Positions 8,981 to 19,103 of a DNA stretch of 64,000 nucleotides are shown piece by piece (position 1 is the first letter of the stretch; every line of letters begins with the position of its first letter). The position numbers and the translations under genes are program-made. The notes below the pieces were generated by a model. It was given only the letters and a program-made list of their open reading frames with translations. It made no database searches and had not been told where the DNA came from. The DNA is from a virus. Taxonomy: Duplodnaviria; Caudoviricetes. The stretch lies in IMG/VR virus record IMGVR_UViG_3300046408_000009, positions 1 to 64,000 of that record; one strand, 5' to 3'.

Positions 8981-10740
8981 TAGACCGGTTCCGCCGTAAC
9001 GGTGCCAAAGGTGGCGTTCACGAGGTCAATACGCAAGTAGTTTTGATTTTGCACGAGTATCGAGAGTGACGATGTATAGCCTGACGCCGCTGCTGCAAAA
9101 ACAGTGTTAGTCGGGGCTGAGGTGATGTTGTAGAACTGCTTAGTCAACTTCGCGGTGGCGACTCCCGTCGACGTAATCGGGATCAATAGCCATAGGTCCT
9201 GTCCCGTGGTGTTCTGGTACACACCCCCCGACGTGAGAGTGATTGTCGCTGGGTTCGCGTTGACGCCGCGACTGATACCAGACGGCGTGATGTTGAACGC
9301 ACTCTGCGAGAGAACGCCAGGGATCGTGATGTTCCCCGTCAAATACGCCAACTGGGTTGCGTAGTTGAGACTGGGAGACTGCCAACTGCCCAACAAGTAG
9401 ATGATGCCGTTGCCGTTGATGGACGTGGACGCATTGGAGACGACGAACGAAGTGTGGTTCGTCGCTGCGCCACCGTCGATCTCGCCGTTGATATTCCACT
9501 CGACGTTGATCCACTTGGAGAAGCCCTTCATGCGGAAGAGTGCGCCCGTGTTGGTTGCACCGTTGTTCGCGTTGACGATCATGCGCCAGAACACACCAAT
9601 GTGCTGGACCTGTCCCGCTCCACCAGACGTTCCCAGTCCAATCTCATCAACGATGCCGTCCTGGTTGGCGTTGAGGTCAAGGAACAACGCGTGCACGGCC
9701 CAGTACGCAAAGGAGGGGTAGCCGGTTGACTTGACGGCGAAGTCCATGTTGACGGTGTTGTTGTACAACTGGACGCCATCCATCGTGACGCGCTCGCACC
9801 AGCCGACCTGGTTGTAGAAATACATGCCGATACCCGCCGACGCACTGAAACCACCAATCGAGATATCTTGAAAGAGAACCTGACTGACGTCGCTCCACGA
9901 CAACCCGACTGCCGTGCCCGACGCACCGGAGCCGTCGATGCTGAACCCACCCCAGTAGGGCGAACCGGTGCAGAACGCTGCGGCGGCAGTGACGGTGAGG
10001 GAACTCGCCAGCGTCGAACCGGTGTAGTGAATGATGGAGACCTTGGACCCGTGCCCCCGTACCGCGTAGGGCAACGTGCCAGAGAACGATCCGGAGTTGG
10101 GTCCGACCATCGACGCCGGGTTGAGGTTCGAAAGTGTGATGGGCGCTGCGGGCAAAAGCAGGATGCCTGAACCGTTGGCAACCATTGCCGTGAGCGCGTT
10201 GGTGTACGCAGTCTGGTCGGCAGATGAACTACCCACACCTACTGCACCACCCGTGGCGTAGGTGGGGTTGGTCATATCGTAAACGCCTAGGACAGCAGAG
10301 AATCCTCCACCACCTAAAGCAGCGACAACGTTGTGCACGAATGCGGTGGTCGCAATTTTGAGTGTGCTGTCACTCGTCGTCGCAGTCGGGGCAGTCGGGG
10401 TACCGCTGAACACGGGGGATGCGAGAGGCGCGTAACTGGTGTCAACGTCACTACCGCCGCCACCCGCCGCAATCGCGGCGACGACGAACGCTGTAGTTGC
10501 AATCCTGGTGGAGTTATCACTAGTCGATGGGGTGGGTGCTGTGGGGGTACCAACAAATGCTGGTGAGTTGAGTGATGCCAGTATGGGGGCACTCGCCGTA
10601 CCGATGACTGACTCGATAGCGTGAATAGCATCATTGGCATTGGCGTGTTGACTTGCGTGGTCTAGTCCCGTAGGGTCCATCGTGACAGCATCAGTAGGGT
10701 CCGTAAAAGTGTCAATACTTGTATTGAAATTAGTTGGCAT
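8980..10740 (-). CDS. Tail fibre/tailspike with probable beta-helix (depolymerase-like) domain
   Basis: Two copies of the fibre repeat SPxFxGTPTAPTxxxxDxxxxIATTAFV, followed by a Gly/Asn/Ser-rich beta-helix-like region. Confidence 0.8.
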   Translation of the reverse strand: MPTNFNTSIDTFTDPTDAVTMDPTGLDHASQHANANDAIHAIESVIGTASAPILASLNSPAFVGTPTAPTPSTSDNSTRIATTAFVVAAIAAGGGGSDVDTSYAPLASPVFSGTPTAPTATTSDSTLKIATTAFVHNVVAALGGGGFSAVLGVYDMTNPTYATGGAVGVGSSSADQTAYTNALTAMVANGSGILLLPAAPITLSNLNPASMVGPNSGSFSGTLPYAVRGHGSKVSIIHYTGSTLASSLTVTAAAAFCTGSPYWGGFSIDGSGASGTAVGLSWSDVSQVLFQDISIGGFSASAGIGMYFYNQVGWCERVTMDGVQLYNNTVNMDFAVKSTGYPSFAYWAVHALFLDLNANQDGIVDEIGLGTSGGAGQVQHIGVFWRMIVNANNGATNTGALFRMKGFSKWINVEWNINGEIDGGAATNHTSFVVSNASTSINGNGIIYLLGSWQSPSLNYATQLAYLTGNITIPGVLSQSAFNITPSGISRGVNANPATITLTSGGVYQNTTGQDLWLLIPITSTGVATAKLTKQFYNITSAPTNTVFAAAASGYTSSLSILVQNQNYLRIDLVNATFGTVTAEPV

Positions 10741-10755
10741 ATCGAGACCCCATGA

Positions 10756-12099
10756 CTATGTCGCACTTCCCGAAATACTTCCAAAATTCGCAAGAGGAGC
10801 GACACCACTGAGAGTGACGTCGGCGGCAGAACCGTTAAGGGTGAGTGAGGCTAGGTAGTTCACTCCCGAAACCCCTTCGATGATGCCCGCGACCGAGAGG
10901 TAACGAACAACGTTGGCAGTAGGGTCCCATGTTGGTGGTGTGTTGCTACCACCGCCCCAAGTAGCCTGCGATAAGTACGTTTCAAGTGCAGCCGTGACGG
11001 AAGCGATGACGGCGGTTGAGTTTGACCCGACGTTACAGTGAATCGTAAACACGACGTTGACAGCAGTGATCGTGGGTTGGATGAACGTCACAACGAAATT
11101 GATCTCTCGCATGGCGGTAAGGTACGAGATGATCTGCGCTTGGATAGTCGAGTTGACGACAATGCCATTGACGTCAATAGCAGACACCCCCACCGTACGT
11201 TCCTGACCAGTCATCTCGGCGAGGGTGATAGTTACTCCGGTCGATGTTGAGGTCGTTGGTAGCGAAAGAGTGACCTGCGTTGGGCTGATGTACGTCAAAA
11301 TAGTAGTGCCCGCTTGTACGCCTAATCCACTTACCCCACGGCCAACGTCAGCAGTCGTAAATAGTGCAGTGGCTGAGTGAAGTGATGTATCAGTTGCAAT
11401 CACTCCATCAGTAAACGACCGTGACGAGTTGTAGCCATCGACACCCAGTGCTCGATAGACGCCAGCGATTGACGTTGCCAGGATACCGAAGTCACTGGGG
11501 ACTATCGGTCGCGGAGAAAGGAGTTGGAGATCGGCTACGAGTCGGGGCAGATACGTGGCTTCTGTTTCTGCATCGACTCCGCCCTCACTGGTCGTTGAAG
11601 CCACGCAACTGACAATGAATACGAGGGGATCAATAATGACCATACTTCCGGTAAGTCCATTCGATGCCGAGCCAGGAATTTTTGCCATCATGATGACGTT
11701 CGATATCGAGTTCGACCCCGGGGGAACTACCGTGTCGTTCAGCGTGGAGAAAACCACCAACGTTGTCCCGGTTGTTTGAAATCCGAATTGTGTCCCCGCA
11801 GGAATGTCGTACCCGGCAGTATCTTGCACCGTAATAGTGGCTTGAACTTCTGAGAGGGACGCAGAGATCGGCGGGAGATTTGCAATCGATGCACCAAAAG
11901 ATTCAAAGATCATGTCGGGCACGATGGATGCTACGTCACGCGATGTCGCCAGCATTTGTGCCAAAGCAACAATCAGCCAAACCTCCAAATTGTTGTCATT
12001 GGGAACCCATCCGGGGATGTTGTTCATTAGGTATTTTTCGGCGGCTGTTGTTAAGACGTCGGGGTCAGTCGTAGTTGGTACGCCGATATATCCGGGCAT
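10756..12099 (-). CDS. Baseplate J-like protein
   Basis: IPAGT, GGVDAETEATYLPRL, PSDF and VRYLSVAGIIEGVSGV motifs; start placed at MPGYIG. Confidence 0.9.
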   Translation of the reverse strand: MPGYIGVPTTTDPDVLTTAAEKYLMNNIPGWVPNDNNLEVWLIVALAQMLATSRDVASIVPDMIFESFGASIANLPPISASLSEVQATITVQDTAGYDIPAGTQFGFQTTGTTLVVFSTLNDTVVPPGSNSISNVIMMAKIPGSASNGLTGSMVIIDPLVFIVSCVASTTSEGGVDAETEATYLPRLVADLQLLSPRPIVPSDFGILATSIAGVYRALGVDGYNSSRSFTDGVIATDTSLHSATALFTTADVGRGVSGLGVQAGTTILTYISPTQVTLSLPTTSTSTGVTITLAEMTGQERTVGVSAIDVNGIVVNSTIQAQIISYLTAMREINFVVTFIQPTITAVNVVFTIHCNVGSNSTAVIASVTAALETYLSQATWGGGSNTPPTWDPTANVVRYLSVAGIIEGVSGVNYLASLTLNGSAADVTLSGVAPLANFGSISGSAT

Positions 12100-12101
12100 G
12101 C

Positions 12102-12425
12102 TCACGGCGTACCCCCAGTGATGTTGATGCGTATGTAGGAGATCAACTGATTGATCGTGTTGAGAGTTTGATCGAGGGATACCGCTGCTCGCGGTTCCCA
12201 ATTATTCAGTTTTGCAATAATGGCCGCAGTGTTCGTTGGCACCTGTGTGTAAATAGTTTCCGGAGTGCCATAATCAGGCAACACCATACGAGACCCCGTT
12301 GGGGTCAGTAGAAGAATTTCAACACACTGTTGCACCTCTTGATGAGTGTCCTGCTCTACGACCGAGAAAGAATTCCCGTTCAGTTGGAACGGGAATGCAA
12401 AGTGTGGAACCATCACGCTAGTCAT
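12102..12425 (-). CDS. Baseplate wedge subunit, gp25/GPW-like
   Basis: FAFPF...LLTPTGSRMVLPDYG...WEPRA motif. Confidence 0.9.
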   Translation of the reverse strand: MTSVMVPHFAFPFQLNGNSFSVVEQDTHQEVQQCVEILLLTPTGSRMVLPDYGTPETIYTQVPTNTAAIIAKLNNWEPRAAVSLDQTLNTINQLISYIRINITGGTP

Positions 12426-12781
12426 GTTGCCGACCAGCCTAATACCCACGGACGCAGTCCACCATTGGGAACTGCCACAAATACGACGAGGAGCAGATCA
12501 CCGGCAACTGGTCCATTAGTGGGTACCGGTGTGACGTGGGTGTGAGTCCCAAAGGTACTGACTGCCGTCGCGCCCGTGACCCCCGCAGCGGGCCAAGTCC
12601 ACGGTGCAGGACCCCAGATAGTTTTGTTGTTGTCATACATTGGTCTCGTAAAAAACACACCAGCCGCACTGATGTGATGAAACTGGCATTGCTCGAATCT
12701 TCCGCCAATGTTGTTGTCGTCTTCAACAGCGCGACGATTGAATACCACACGAGCCAGTGCATTATTTTCTTGTGGTCTCAT
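12422..12781 (-). CDS. Probable baseplate spike / OB-fold tip protein
   Basis: Position between hub and gp25-like gene; PVAGDLLLVVF motif. Confidence 0.6.
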   Translation of the reverse strand: MRPQENNALARVVFNRRAVEDDNNIGGRFEQCQFHHISAAGVFFTRPMYDNNKTIWGPAPWTWPAAGVTGATAVSTFGTHTHVTPVPTNGPVAGDLLLVVFVAVPNGGLRPWVLGWSAT

Positions 12782-14769
12782 CAGTACGCAATCCCCGGCA
12801 GAAGGAATGCCTCGTCAAAAAATCCGGTCGGAACCGGACCAGTCACAATGCCTATTGCTGGATCAGCAGCGTTCACCAGTTGCCCATTACCTAGTGACAC
12901 CGCCGCGTGACCATTACCGGGTGGACTGAGCGTTTGATCTTTAGTGCTCGAAAGAATGAGAACTGCACCGTACGTCTTAATTGCAGTGTCAACGGAAATT
13001 GCATATCCCGCTGACTTCGCCCACGCGTACATTGCATCCGAGTTGTGTGGCGAACCGGTGATGCCAATTGATTGCATCGCGGCCAGAACGAGGCCGCTAC
13101 AGTCAAATTGTTTCGGACCCGTAGCGCCCCAATAGTATGTGCAACCAGATGCGGCAGTTGTGTGGTTAAGACAGAAGTTAACGAATGCTGCAACCTTTGG
13201 CGTGGGGTTCTTTCCAGTTTGTGCGCCACCGGGCAATAGCGCCAAGGGGGACGTCACTGCGGACGATCCAGTGAATGGAGTGAGCGTGGGGAACGTGGTT
13301 CGATTCGCGTACGCCTGACCTGACCACCCCGACGACTCAAGGGCTGTGCCGTAGGCTGTTGGGGTAGCGCACGAATTGATCGCAGCGAGTAGTGCCGGGT
13401 TCGCTTCCAGTTGAGTGATATACGCAAGATACCCCTGCGAGACACTATCGAACACCTGAATGTTGGACCCAAACGCTTGGACCATATGTCCGCCCGTCAT
13501 GGATGATTGAGTGCCGGGGTGAGTGTTGAGGTTCCACGGGTTGTTATCGCGCAGAAAACCTACTGGTCCCAATGTGCCGGGTAACGGTGTGTTGTTCCCC
13601 GCCGACTCTGCACCAATTTGACGTTGAATATTTGCAATATTATCGGCACACGTTGGTGCGGGATACCCCGCTGACTGAAGAGCAAGGAGTAGCCCCTGTG
13701 CCCACGCCAGCGACGACATCTGTCCGGAAACTGGTGCTGACCCCGGATTGACCTGAGCCGCTGCACTAGTGGGAGGTTGAGTCTGCACTTCAGTTAAGGT
13801 GAGGTTAGGAACGTCGAGCGTGATTGTAGCGAGTGCCGACATTAAGGATCGAGAGATGTTGGTCACCAGCCAGTGTCCGTTGGCCGGTGGGATATTCGGA
13901 TTGGGCGAGAATCGCAGTGAGAGATCGTTCTGCACACCAGCGATCCCCATTTTGGGGGTAAAGGCTATGAGCGATCCGACAGGGTATGCCCACCTTGATG
14001 CATCGCAAGTGATGGTCAATGACCCCAATGGTTTGCGAATATCCCAGTTGAAGTCAATACTCAAGATTCCTTCGTCTGACTCGTCAATAGTAGCGATGGG
14101 TGGTTGGGTGTAGAGCCATTGGTCCGACACCATTACTAGAGTGTTCACACCTAGTGGGAATCTGCGCCACCCGATGGTGCCAAGGATCGTTCCTGTTGCG
14201 TCCCAGAACGTCTCTAGTTCGGTGTATGTAGTGGCATAGGGGAGAGGGAGTGCCCCACCTGTCGTAGAGTCCACATTTCCAGTGGAAAGGATTACGACAG
14301 AGGTGCCAGGTGATGGTCCACCGGGGAGTGCAACGTTGATCCAACTCTCATAAGCAACCAGTTTTTTGCAGAAATCAGTCCGAGACATAGTCTGGGCCAT
14401 AACTGCGACTGTATCCGTGTGATCCTTTAACCGTGAGCACACTGCATGCTCGAACGTCAACGTGATCTGTGGACCTTGTTTGTCAATGACGGCCATGATG
14501 AAACTCACACCATCAATTGTCATGACTGTTCGTTCGAGTCCCAGACTCGAACGTAGCAGTGCACGTTGAGGGTCTTCTACCTGCGCGATGATGGTGGACG
14601 TGCCATCGATATCAAAAGAGATCGAAAGGTTAGTAAGAGCGTCACCAATGTTTTCTGCCCAGCCCTTAGCGCCATTGACAAGAAGGTTGTCAACGGACGT
14701 TGGTAATAGTCCGGGGTGAGAAACTGGAACCCCAAGAATATTGGGTGGCGGAGTAATGAGAGATTTCAT
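12781..14769 (-). CDS. Baseplate hub with lysozyme-like and C-terminal NlpC/P60 domains
   Basis: N-terminal hub region, central AES..NNPWN lysozyme-like segment, C-terminal YYWGATGPKQFDCSGLV...GHAA NlpC/P60 motif. Confidence 0.85.
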   Translation of the reverse strand: MKSLITPPPNILGVPVSHPGLLPTSVDNLLVNGAKGWAENIGDALTNLSISFDIDGTSTIIAQVEDPQRALLRSSLGLERTVMTIDGVSFIMAVIDKQGPQITLTFEHAVCSRLKDHTDTVAVMAQTMSRTDFCKKLVAYESWINVALPGGPSPGTSVVILSTGNVDSTTGGALPLPYATTYTELETFWDATGTILGTIGWRRFPLGVNTLVMVSDQWLYTQPPIATIDESDEGILSIDFNWDIRKPLGSLTITCDASRWAYPVGSLIAFTPKMGIAGVQNDLSLRFSPNPNIPPANGHWLVTNISRSLMSALATITLDVPNLTLTEVQTQPPTSAAAQVNPGSAPVSGQMSSLAWAQGLLLALQSAGYPAPTCADNIANIQRQIGAESAGNNTPLPGTLGPVGFLRDNNPWNLNTHPGTQSSMTGGHMVQAFGSNIQVFDSVSQGYLAYITQLEANPALLAAINSCATPTAYGTALESSGWSGQAYANRTTFPTLTPFTGSSAVTSPLALLPGGAQTGKNPTPKVAAFVNFCLNHTTAASGCTYYWGATGPKQFDCSGLVLAAMQSIGITGSPHNSDAMYAWAKSAGYAISVDTAIKTYGAVLILSSTKDQTLSPPGNGHAAVSLGNGQLVNAADPAIGIVTGPVPTGFFDEAFLLPGIAY

Positions 14770-15656
14770 GGGAGAGACATCGTCCCATAACTCTGAGAGA
14801 TTATTTGCGATATGGCTTGATCCGCAGGCGACCCCGCTACCGTCACAGTTGCCCCCTTGGGCATGCGAAGAACTTGACCTATCTGAATGGATTTAGGATC
14901 ACGAATAGGTCCTGCAGCGAATGGTGGAAGTGCTGAGTTCAACACTGCAATGGATTTCCACAAATTTGCATTTCCTAATGTGGCCTTCGCAATTGTTTGA
15001 AGAGTGTCACCCTTACGAACCGTGTAGGTCCCACCAGACAGCGGCATTGTGTACGTAACTTGCGGTGTCCCATTAGAGACACCGCCTGACGTGACGACTG
15101 ACGTTGACGTTGACGTTGGAGTGTTTGACGAAGAAGCGGATACCAGTAATTGCGTAGCGGACGAGTTGGTTTTTGTCAGACTCAGTGCCGTGGGACGCCA
15201 CTCAAAAAATGTAATGTCGACTTGTGCGTAGTACCGTGAACCATCATCGTTTCGATATTCCGTGTTGAACTTTATGTCGTTGATGACGTACTTCAACCAG
15301 GTGAGCGGAACGGCGGGTCCTTCGATTTCAACCACCGCTGGTTCTACACGTTGCCCCACTAAATTTCTGGCTAGCCCCCGAAGAACTTCTAATTCAGGTT
15401 CAATGCTGGCTGACGAAACACCGTCCCCAAACATGACCGGCACGGTCAGCGTGTATCCGTCGAACCCCATGAACTCCGTCATCGATTGACGACGAGGCAA
15501 CTTGGTGAACTGCCACCCGCTGGGGGATGTGTACGTGGACACACCCTTAGCGTGCTGACACTTGAGGGTCGGGCCAGGAGGATCAATGGCCCTGATAGTT
15601 ATCGCCGTCTTAGGTCTCTTAATCGGCAGTGGACTGTGAGTTCCGTATATCAGCAT
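14766..15656 (-). CDS. LysM-domain tail tube initiator protein
   Basis: YTVRKGDTLQTIA...LWKSIAVLN...IQIGQVLRMP LysM motif; follows the tape measure gene. Confidence 0.9.
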   Translation of the reverse strand: MLIYGTHSPLPIKRPKTAITIRAIDPPGPTLKCQHAKGVSTYTSPSGWQFTKLPRRQSMTEFMGFDGYTLTVPVMFGDGVSSASIEPELEVLRGLARNLVGQRVEPAVVEIEGPAVPLTWLKYVINDIKFNTEYRNDDGSRYYAQVDITFFEWRPTALSLTKTNSSATQLLVSASSSNTPTSTSTSVVTSGGVSNGTPQVTYTMPLSGGTYTVRKGDTLQTIAKATLGNANLWKSIAVLNSALPPFAAGPIRDPKSIQIGQVLRMPKGATVTVAGSPADQAISQIISQSYGTMSLP

Positions 15657-17845
15657 TATCGTCTCGCGTAACTATTTTGCATTTCTGTGTACACCAATTC
15701 CGCCAGGACCTTACGGTCCACTACCAATTGAATCACAGTGGGCTGACCTGCACCTCCTCCATCGTTCGAGATGACTTGCGAGGGAACAGCACTGGAGTTC
15801 GCAGAACCGGGGGAGACCTTTGAGACGGCTTGTCCGATCATGGGTGCCGTCATTGCAGTTCCGGTTGCGTTGTAGATATTCTGTGGTGGGGTGATCACTT
15901 CACCACCATGGACCATCGCGAGCATAGGTGCACCCTGTGGGCCGGGGACTACACCACCCTCAGCGAAACCAAATATCTTGCCAACGAAAGAACCAGCGTG
16001 CGAAACCCAACTCATTGCATTGCCTACGAGGTGCATGCCTTCAGCGATCTTGTCAAAAATTGGTTTGAGAAAATTCCATACGGCATTAACAGTATTTTTC
16101 ATGCCGGTCCAAATTTCTCTCCAGTGCGTCCACAGCACCATGAGATATGTCACGGGGGCCATAAGAGCAAATCCAAATACGCGCAAGGTGTCGTCTATGG
16201 CGTGCCACACGGTGTCAAATATGTTTTTGATGCCTGACCAAACTTGTCTCCAGTGGAGACCAAAGAAAACGAGCACCGCCGCCAAAAGAACAAACGGCCA
16301 CTCCAAAGCCAATAGTTCAATTCCAAACGCCAGCAAGTCATAAGTTGCCACGGTTACTGTGGCAATCCAAGCAATCATTGCCGCAACGAGCACTCCACCA
16401 ATTACTGCCGCGAGCGCGATAACAATCGGTTTGTTGTTCTGCATCCATTTACCCATAGCGACCAATTTGGGGAGAAGAAATTGACCAATGTCAATTCCCA
16501 TATTGTGCAAGTCTTTTTTGAATATGGCAATTTGACCATCGAGTGATTGGGTCACCTTGGCTGCGGCCTGCTGAACCCCATTCAGTCTGGTGGCTGCGGT
16601 GTACGACTGATTATATGCAGCAACACCGGCAAGCACTGTCTTGCCCATAGCCTGCGCTGCCCCACTACCAAATAAAGAGGTCTCCGCAAGGAGTTGTTGC
16701 GACTGGTTCAAGGACGCCAACTTTGGCTGCAGAATCCCAATGGCGTTCGCCATCCCGATAAACTTGCCGTCAGGTCCCATGAACGAATTGATAGTGAGAC
16801 CAAATCTGTTGAGCATTGATGACACGTCGGGGCTACGGCTGAGGAGAGTGGTCAACGCGCCGGAGACCATGTTGATTCCGCGAGACCCCGACACCCCACC
16901 TTTGGTGGCGAGGTCCATCATTAGACCGGATGTGTCAGCCAGTGACGGCATCACTTGACCTAATCGTTGGTGCAAGTGATCCATCGTGGTAGCGAGTGCG
17001 TCAGTGGTATTTGCAGTAAGACGACTCGTGTTGTAGAGGATGTTAGAGACGGTGGCTGCTTGACCGACTCCCAGTCCGTACGCCTGCATCACGTTAGTTA
17101 ATGATTGGGTGTCAGTGCTTAGTTGTTCGCCGGTAGCCGTTGCGAGGTCCATTGCCGCGTTCATGAACATCATCGATGTACGTACGTCGAGTGCGCCCTT
17201 GTTTACCGCCGTTAGTTGTGCCGAAATAGGTTGGAATGCGCTCGCCATCTCTTGAGCGTTGTACGTGACTGAACCACTCGTATGCAGAAACGCCTGGGTG
17301 ATCTTTCCCGCTGCATCTACAGACATATTGGCAGTAGCGGCAATCTGCGTCGTAGTTTTCTCATAGCCCATAGCCATTTTTGTAGTTTCAAATCCAATGA
17401 TGGCAGCAGCGGCTGCAAACCCAGTTGTGGCTTGTTTCCCTAAATTCAAGAAATTTTTGCCAAGTGATGTGGCTGAAATTCCAAGGGTATTTAGTGACCC
17501 ATTCAATACCTTTGAATCACGTGCAATTTTCGCCTCAGATACCGCGACTTCTTCCAGTACAATATCGGCCTTTCCCATGGCAATAGTCGCGTCAATTGAC
17601 GCCATCGATGCAGCAGTCTGTAGTTCGCGCATTGCTGAAGCGGACAACAAGGATGCATCAGTCAATTTACCCATCGACACGGTTGTAGTGTCAATGCCAA
17701 CACTGGCCGCTGCGAGTTTTGCGTCGGTTTCTTCAGCAGCCGTGCCAACTGTTTTGATTGAATCGGCTACGGCGACGGTTTGAGCGGCTACCTCTTTACC
17801 ACCCACCAGCGACATTCGGATGCCAATATCGGAAACTCCTGACAT
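15656..17845 (-). CDS. Tape measure protein
   Basis: 729-aa Ala-rich helical protein with TP901-type core, hydrophobic Trp-spaced repeats and FAEGGVV motif. Confidence 0.92.
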   Translation of the reverse strand: MSGVSDIGIRMSLVGGKEVAAQTVAVADSIKTVGTAAEETDAKLAAASVGIDTTTVSMGKLTDASLLSASAMRELQTAASMASIDATIAMGKADIVLEEVAVSEAKIARDSKVLNGSLNTLGISATSLGKNFLNLGKQATTGFAAAAAIIGFETTKMAMGYEKTTTQIAATANMSVDAAGKITQAFLHTSGSVTYNAQEMASAFQPISAQLTAVNKGALDVRTSMMFMNAAMDLATATGEQLSTDTQSLTNVMQAYGLGVGQAATVSNILYNTSRLTANTTDALATTMDHLHQRLGQVMPSLADTSGLMMDLATKGGVSGSRGINMVSGALTTLLSRSPDVSSMLNRFGLTINSFMGPDGKFIGMANAIGILQPKLASLNQSQQLLAETSLFGSGAAQAMGKTVLAGVAAYNQSYTAATRLNGVQQAAAKVTQSLDGQIAIFKKDLHNMGIDIGQFLLPKLVAMGKWMQNNKPIVIALAAVIGGVLVAAMIAWIATVTVATYDLLAFGIELLALEWPFVLLAAVLVFFGLHWRQVWSGIKNIFDTVWHAIDDTLRVFGFALMAPVTYLMVLWTHWREIWTGMKNTVNAVWNFLKPIFDKIAEGMHLVGNAMSWVSHAGSFVGKIFGFAEGGVVPGPQGAPMLAMVHGGEVITPPQNIYNATGTAMTAPMIGQAVSKVSPGSANSSAVPSQVISNDGGGAGQPTVIQLVVDRKVLAELVYTEMQNSYARR

Positions 17846-17859
17846 TGGTACCCTCCTGT

Positions 17860-18629
17860 CTAGCCATTAAAGGCTTTGGCCACTCCGTTTTGAACTGCTA
17901 TCTCGAATCGTTGCATCCTCTTGTCCTCTTCTTCGACCCTAATTTTTTCCAGTCGATTAAGGGCCATCTCCATCACTATTTTTTCAGTGCCTTCGAGAGA
18001 GAGCAGACTGAGTGGGTCAATCCCATGTCGAAGTGCGACCGTTGCGGCTGTGATTGCTGACCCAAATTCCGCACGGTCCTCTATTCCCCCTCTAGGGCCT
18101 CGTTGACATCATCGGTGGTGTACCCGGACCATTTAGATACGGTGCGAGCGGTGCGCAATAGGTCGGCGTCCGTAACAAACATCCACCGGCACAGTTGACG
18201 CATCGTTGAATTCTCCGGCAGTCCGGAAGCAATCACGGCATCCCGGTCGAATCGAGTGAATGCACCATCAAGTCCAAGCCCAATCTCTTCGCCATTTTCC
18301 AAAATGGCAATGATCCGAATGCAGCCGTTGATGAGGATGTCGGCGTTGGTGTCGATCTCCGTAGCAGCCTGCTTGGACGGATCGGTCGAATCCTTGATGC
18401 GCTTCTCTTGTTCATTCACACCACGGCGCAGGATGGCGTGGGGAACTGGTCGATATTCGATTTCCAGCCGTGGTGATGACCAGCGCGGAACTGGAAGTCG
18501 CAGGACTTGTTCGTCAAGAATTTGTTGACGTCGATTGGCAAGAACTCCCAAAACTCCAGTGCTTGGAGTGGGTGGAACTGACGGCCAACCTTCCGCCACG
18601 GGTGAAACTATTGTTTCGTCTGACATCAT
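17860..18629 (-). CDS. Tail assembly chaperone, -1 frameshift product (GT-type)
   Basis: The -1 frame after GGGGGAA is open to TAG at 17860 (GIEDRAEFGSAITAA...AKAFNG*) and has no early start codon. Confidence 0.8.
18081..18629 (-). CDS. Tail assembly chaperone (G-type)
   Basis: Lies between tail tube and tape measure; ends ...GAG GGG GAA TAG. Confidence 0.85.
   Translation of the reverse strand: MMSDETIVSPVAEGWPSVPPTPSTGVLGVLANRRQQILDEQVLRLPVPRWSSPRLEIEYRPVPHAILRRGVNEQEKRIKDSTDPSKQAATEIDTNADILINGCIRIIAILENGEEIGLGLDGAFTRFDRDAVIASGLPENSTMRQLCRWMFVTDADLLRTARTVSKWSGYTTDDVNEALEGE
18084..18090 (-). other. Programmed -1 frameshift slippery heptamer GGGGGAA
   Basis: Immediately before the chaperone stop codon, the usual position in tailed phages. 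Confidence 0.8.
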
Positions 18630-18651
18630 TTCTTCTCTCTATTTTTAGGGT

Positions 18652-19089
18652 TTATGCAATTCCGATAGGACCGTTAACCACCACTGTGATCGTCCACATC
18701 TGGATGTCGGACTTAGACGAGTCGGTGTCACCGGGGGCAACTGACTTCAAAATACCGCTGTAGATCAGTGCGGGTCCGGTGGGGTTCTTATCAATGTCGA
18801 GAGGCTGACGGTGAACCCTAACCTTTTCCTTACCCGCTTGTGCGGCCATCAAACCGGTGACGAATGGCCAGTCGTTAGTGATGTCCACGGCTTTCTCAAC
18901 GGTGACCGTGCTGATGGATGCAATGCCACCCACGGCCTCCTGATCCTTCATGCCACCGGCATGGTAGATGTCGGCCACCGAGTCAACGTCACCACCCTTG
19001 AAGTTGTCCCAGACACCGTCCGGAGCAGGCGCGAGCACGCCACCAATCTCGACTGTGATTAGCCATGTATCACTGCGCATTAAAGCCAT
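18652..19089 (-). CDS. Tail tube protein
   Basis: 145 aa directly after the sheath; FKGGD...VTVEK...YSGILKSV pattern. Confidence 0.8.
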   Translation of the reverse strand: MALMRSDTWLITVEIGGVLAPAPDGVWDNFKGGDVDSVADIYHAGGMKDQEAVGGIASISTVTVEKAVDITNDWPFVTGLMAAQAGKEKVRVHRQPLDIDKNPTGPALIYSGILKSVAPGDTDSSKSDIQMWTITVVVNGPIGIA

Positions 19090-19103
19090 GGTGACCTACC
19101 CCT

